DNA of 64,000 nt from Chrysomallon squamiferum. Taxonomy: Eukaryota > Animalia > Mollusca. The DNA is taken from contig CM022672.1 in assembly GCA_012295275.1 (NCBI GenBank), positions 13,454,001-13,518,000 on the forward strand, written 5' to 3'. The translations under genes were made by a program, and so were the position numbers. Under the pieces are notes generated by a model that saw only the letters and a list, made by a program, of their open reading frames with translations, made no database searches and was not told the DNA's origin. Shown here one piece after another: positions 58,607 to 64,000 of the stretch (positions are counted from its first letter, which is position 1; every line of letters begins with the position of its first letter).

Positions 58607-59373
58607 TTACGGAATGATCAGTCGTTGTACTGACTTCAGTCGAGCGATCTCTTGTTTATAAGTCTCTAGTTTTCCTTTCGTCTCCGTCAACCACTGTTTC
58701 TGAGAGTTAATTTCTTGTTTAAGCAAATTAACAGTTGCAGCCAGAGTCTGTGCGTTAAACAGTTTGGAAGTTTCGCTCACTTGCTGTTGTAATTTCGTTA
58801 TCCTGGCCGTGTCTACGTTACCGAGGTTACGAAGGTCGTTGAGGATGTTGCTTGCCTGCACAGTTATTGACGTCACAGACGACGTAGCCAGAGACGTTGC
58901 GTTCTTTGCTGCTGCTGTTTTGTTTTTAGCCTCGGTGATCCCTTTACCGAGAGAATCGCAAAGAGTCTGTGCTGGGATGATTATACTTACGTTTACCTCG
59001 TGAGGTCTGCCACTCTTTATGTAGACAGCGGTAAACTCTTTGTCGAGAGACGCTGATAGTATCTGTGACTCGTTCGCCAAGCTTTTCAAATTCTGAAACG
59101 TAAATTGAAACTTGATGAGTTACAGACGTTTCACTAATTCGAAATTCATACTTTGCTCTTTATACCTAATTGTCTGAATATATAAAATGATTTCTCAACC
59201 TTAAAAAAAGAATTTATTATTAGAATGTGTATCTGTCTGTCTATCTGTGTGACTGTGTGTTAGCCTCTGTTTGTGTTAATCAACATATTAATAATACAAA
59301 TAGGTCTATATATGTGTGTAAAGATACAGAAATCTGTAATCTGAGCTGTAGAAATAATAACAACAACAACAAC

Positions 59374-59438
<65 letters not shown>

Positions 59439-61113
59439 TATTATTATTATTAATTAATGCAGTCACAGTTTTGTGCTGAGCATTGACAAAATCTATGAAT
59501 CACTTACACTGTTGTGTAGCTGGGCCACGGCTTTCGCCTGTCTGGCTATTTCCTTTGCCTGTGAGGAACTCTGCTGTGTTGTAGACAGTGAAGTGATGAG
59601 CGAGTTTGCCTCCTTGATGACCTGCTGACTTAGAGCGTTCACAGACTGCACAGTCTTCAGTGCTTCTGTCGCCTTTTTTTCTACCTCTGAAATAGAAGGC
59701 ACCGTAGTTTTCAGTGCACGTCAACATATATGTACCAAGCAAATAATTTATACGCCTACTAAAAAAAAAAATAATAATAATTTTTAAAATTATTTATGTG
59801 CTTCTGATGGTGATGAGGATAAGGATGATGATGGTGTTAATGATCTCATCTTATTCCAGAATGTACAAATATCACGACGGAAGATCTACCCTAAACTTTT
59901 TTTTTTTTAAAACCAAAAAAAAAAAAAAAAACCAACAAAATATAAATAAAAACAAATTTAAATAGTATGGCCCAAATAAAATTTATTTTCATTTCTTGCC
60001 TTTCGCTCTGGTATCAAAATTCTTCATGGTTTCCAACATGTTCTGAGCAGACGTGAAAACCGTGTCAGAATTTCGTTTTGCGTCTGCTGCCTTTCTGCTG
60101 GCGGTAACAGCTCTTTTCTCAAGGTTGTCTCCCGTGGTTACCATGTTAACAATATTAATACGCTGTTGTTCGGCTAGACTCGAAGCCTGGAGTATCTTCT
60201 GCTGCTTCGCTCGCAGTTCTGATGTTCCATTGATAGACTAAGATCAACGAGACAGTAACATTAATACGTGTATGTGTGTGTGTGCATGTGTGTGCATCTG
60301 TGCATGTATATGTATGCATTTTTATCTTGTTATATTTTTGTGGTATTGGCCTTAATGGTATTTCGACTTTTAATTTTCTTCTTCTTTTTGTTGTTCAAGT
60401 TGTTATGAAGTATATTTACTTATTTATTTATTTGTTTATTTATTATTTATTTATTTATTTTTATATATATATATATATATTTTTAATTTTATTATCTTTT
60501 ATTATTATTACTTTTTTCATTTTTTTTTTTTTAAATGTTTTTTGATTATTTTTGATTTATGTATTTATATATATATTTTTTATTATTATTATTATTTATT
60601 CTTTCTATCTTTTTCTATCTCTGAACATCCCAGTATATATGTACATAAGTGTGTACATAAATGTCCATTTGTAGTACGTGTCTGTGTTCTTTATCATTAT
60701 CACAATCGAAAACAGTCGTGTTCGCTAACCTGATTTTTCACTGACTCAGCTCGCGTCTTTAGAAACTTCAGCTGGTTATTCAGATTGTTGAAATCTACAT
60801 TTGATGTTCCCAGGGACTGCAAGGTTGTCAGCAGACTTGTCGCTGTGGCTAATGTCTTGTTACTCTTCAACTGGACACGTTTTGCTTCGTCGTTAGCTGT
60901 CAAACCTAAAGAGGTAAGGGTGGAGCTAGTTCCTTCCAACGCGGTTATGTCCCTTCCATTTTTGTCGTGCTGGGTTAGCATGGATTTCACAACCTGTAAT
61001 ATTTGTAGATGTGTGTAGTTATTAGCTGGGAAGACATTTTATGTTGTTTTATAGACACTGAGATATTTGCAGAAATATTAGAGATAGAGATTTATTTTAA
61101 TGTGAAATGTATG

Positions 61114-61147
<34 letters not shown>

Positions 61148-61263
61148 GTTGTTTATGTATGTCTGTATAGAATAATAATAATGGTGTATACTGCTTTTGT
61201 TTATTGTTAACAGATCTATATACATCCTTACAAATAAATATAAATAAAATTAATGATATATTT

Positions 61264-61294
<31 letters not shown>

Positions 61295-63297
61295 TTATTA
61301 TTATTATTATTATTAGTGGTAGTAGTAGTAGTTGTTGTTGTTGTAGTAATTTGATTAGGAACCGTGAGAGCGTTATTGGTGGTGACTGTAGCAGTAGTAG
61401 TTGGATTTGTTTTAATAGGTATGGTAACAACTGTTGCAATATTAGTAGTCAAAGATTTAGCAATATAATGATTTGTTGCAATAGCAGTTCAAAAATGATA
61501 ACACTGCTAGCTGTGATGGTGATACTGATAGAAGGCGTTGAATTAGAATTACTAGTAGTAACTGAAACAGTATTTACAGTATTAGCGATACACGTGCTAG
61601 TAACAAAGGAAGTATTAGTAATAGTAATAGAACAAGTAGTAGTAGCAACAGAAGCATAGTAATAGCATTAGTTCAAGTAATAGTAGGAGTAGAAGAACTA
61701 GTAACAGTAATAATACAAGTAGTAGCAGAAGTAGAAGCATTAAAAATAGTAGAATCAGAGGAAGTATTAGGAGGACTACTAGGCTATATAGCAATAATAT
61801 AGTAGAAGTAGCAATCGTAGCAGTAGTAGTAGTAGTATAGCTTGGGTATAACATCAGATACCTGTAACAAGTTCTCTGCCAGTCTGTTTGCCGCCGCTGT
61901 TGTTGCTTCTATGGCTGCCACTTTCTTCAGAACGTCCTGCAGCCCGGTGGAAGCAGAATTCGATATTCCTTGAAGATATGCTTCCACTTTTTGCAGTGAA
62001 ATTACAAGATTTTTCAGTGATGTTCCAATAACTTCAAGAGGAGCTGAAATTTAGATTATTTTTAAACATTTATTGACTGATAACATAGCATTTATTTAGT
62101 AATTATAAATGCGTTTTGCCTGAAAACATAACAGTTTTTTTAGTAATTATATACACATTTTGCCTGATAACATAACAGTTATTTAGTAATTTTATATGCA
62201 TTTTGCCTGATAACATAACAGTTATTTAGTAATTATACATACGTTTAAATGCTCCGAAATGCATAATGTTATAACTGTCTGTGATCCAGAAATTGCATTT
62301 AAATTTGCTAGATAACACCATGCAAAGTAATTAACTTCAACGTTAAACCCTGTAATATGACTCTTTTTTTTTCTTTCTTTTTTTCTATTCGGGAATATAT
62401 AAAGAATAAAGTTGGACCCTGTACTATCTATCACCTTTCATCTTTTCGAAAATACATAAAGTTTTAATACAAAATAAAAATAACTTCGTGAGAAGACTAA
62501 AATATATTCTGATTGTAAGTTACGCTTTAAAAACTTAGCCAATCATTGACGTGTCTGTCACCTATTTGTTTATTAATCTCCATCATGTTCGTTTTTATCT
62601 GATTCTTAGCATCGACGGCCTTCTGCAGGTTAGACTCGGCTTCTTTCAGAGCTGACGTTATTTTGGCTTTGTTTACAGTGTCCAGCGTGTTGGTGACGGT
62701 GCGCAGGTATTTAATGGTGGAATTAAAACCGGAGAGTTGTGTTCGCACTTTTCCCTCCGACGTCTCTGCTGTTTTCAGCTGAAAACAGATTCATTTGTGA
62801 AATTAGGTGATAATTTTATTTAAAAAATAAAATAAAAACGTGTATTAAAAGTTAGTTGCATCATATGTTACCGCTACTACTATTCCACTGTGGCTGCTAC
62901 CACTACTGATGATATTACTATTATTACTACTACTACTAATGATAATGATGATGATGATGATGATGACGACGACGACGATGCTAATGATAATGATAATAAT
63001 AATTTTAAAAATTATGTTTATCACTACAAGTACTACAACTATTGAATCAGTATTGTTGTTCTTGTTGTTGTGTTGTTGTTATTACTATTTTTGTTGTTAA
63101 AATGACTGAACTAAATCAAAGCATAAGATATTAAAATTTTAATAACGCTGAACTAAATCTCAAATATTATATCTTGATTTTAATAAGAATTAGTCATGAT
63201 TTATTTTTAAAACTTCATTTTCAAGTTACGTAAAATTGTCTTGGAAGTTGTTTTTTTCTTCTTTGTCTTCATTCCTTTCATATTTATTTACTTGTCA

Positions 63298-63331
<34 letters not shown>

Positions 63332-63708
63332 TATAATAATAATAATAATATATATATATATGTAAGTGTGCCTATAAATGTAAGTATGTATGCATGTATG
63401 TATGTATGTATGTATGTATGTATGTATATATATATATTTTTGTTTTGTTTTGTTAAACAGGTCCTTACAAAATTCAAAAGCTGATCCATGGCTAGTTTCG
63501 CAGCGTAAACGCGAGTCTTAAAAGGGTCAAGGCCTTTTGTGTTGTCACTGGTTTCCAAGGTTGTTATCGCGGTCGTCAGGTTTTTTCGGAGCAGTTCAAG
63601 TTTGGTTACTTCTTTCCCGACAAGATTATAGCAGCCAGAACAAACTGTAAATAAATAAATAAATAAATAAACAAACAAAATAAAATAAAATAAAATTTTA
63701 AAATCAGT

Positions 63709-63805
<97 letters not shown>

Positions 63806-64000
63806 GAGGCAGGGAGAGACAGAGATAATGAGTAATGAGTATCTGGTTGTCAACACGAGTAAATTGTTAAAGATAAACAAGTGGAGTTTTGTCGCAGTTC
63901 ACAAACTGCATTACTCACCAACACAACCAACATCCTTTTTCAAGTTGTAATAATTATCTTCACATACGTCGCAGATTCGACCTACCACGTGATTTGCACA
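58607..64000 (-). CDS. Laminin gamma chain-like protein, 3' portion (last LE repeat plus coiled coil of about 580 aa); 5' part beyond the window
   Basis: Phase-consistent exons 64000-63919, 63644-63469, 62778-62562, 62043-61862, 60993-60730, 60237-60000 (GC donor), 59686-59508 and 59092-58607. LE repeat CANHVVGRICDVCEDNYYNLKKDVGC, then the gamma-type CSGCYNLVGKEV (compare CPACYRLVKDKV) and MLETMKNFDTRAKEVEKKATEAL (compare ILNNLKDFDRRVNDNKTAAEEAL of gamma-1, from recall). Confidence 0.85.
62078..62240. repeat. Intronic tandem repeat of about 43 bp, roughly four copies
   Basis: Unit CTGATAACATAACAGTTATTTAGTAATTATATGCATTTTGC repeated with small variations. Confidence 0.85.
63714..63803. repeat. 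(AG)n microsatellite
   Basis: Seen directly. Confidence 0.95.

Noticed and set aside
62078-62240. CRISPR-like periodic array (also considered for 34110-34790 and 12085-12180)
   Set aside because: Units are contiguous with no unique spacers, there are no cas genes, and the context is a spliced eukaryotic genome. These are minisatellites.

Overview
AT-rich, intron-containing, microsatellite-laden eukaryotic DNA from an invertebrate animal, most plausibly a mollusc or other lophotrochozoan (inference from gene content, not determined). Most ORF-track entries are spurious. Manual exon assembly gives seven intact or partial multi-exon genes and one pseudogene: a ZNF326/AKAP8-like zinc-finger RNA-processing gene (-, 3' end off the left edge), a secreted PAN-domain plus fibrinogen-domain protein (+), HENMT1 (-), PIP5KL1 (+), WDR31 (-), TRAF2 (+), a decayed alpha-1,3-fucosyltransferase pseudogene (-) and the 3' part of a laminin gamma-like gene (-, 5' end off the right edge). 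There are also several Tc1/mariner-superfamily DNA transposon relics or MITEs, and minisatellites. I see no evidence for a wholly new multi-gene system. The best leads are: a cluster of strong unused poison/decoy splice sites in the ZNF326-like intron; a structured 135-nt island in the TRAF2 RING intron (H/ACA-like RNA or in-frame cassette exon); tandem duplication of splice sites in HENMT1 and the FReD gene; a laminin gamma chain that appears to lack the conserved Cys/Glu tail; and linkage of genes whose human homologues map to the chr 1/9/19 MHC-paralogon regions.
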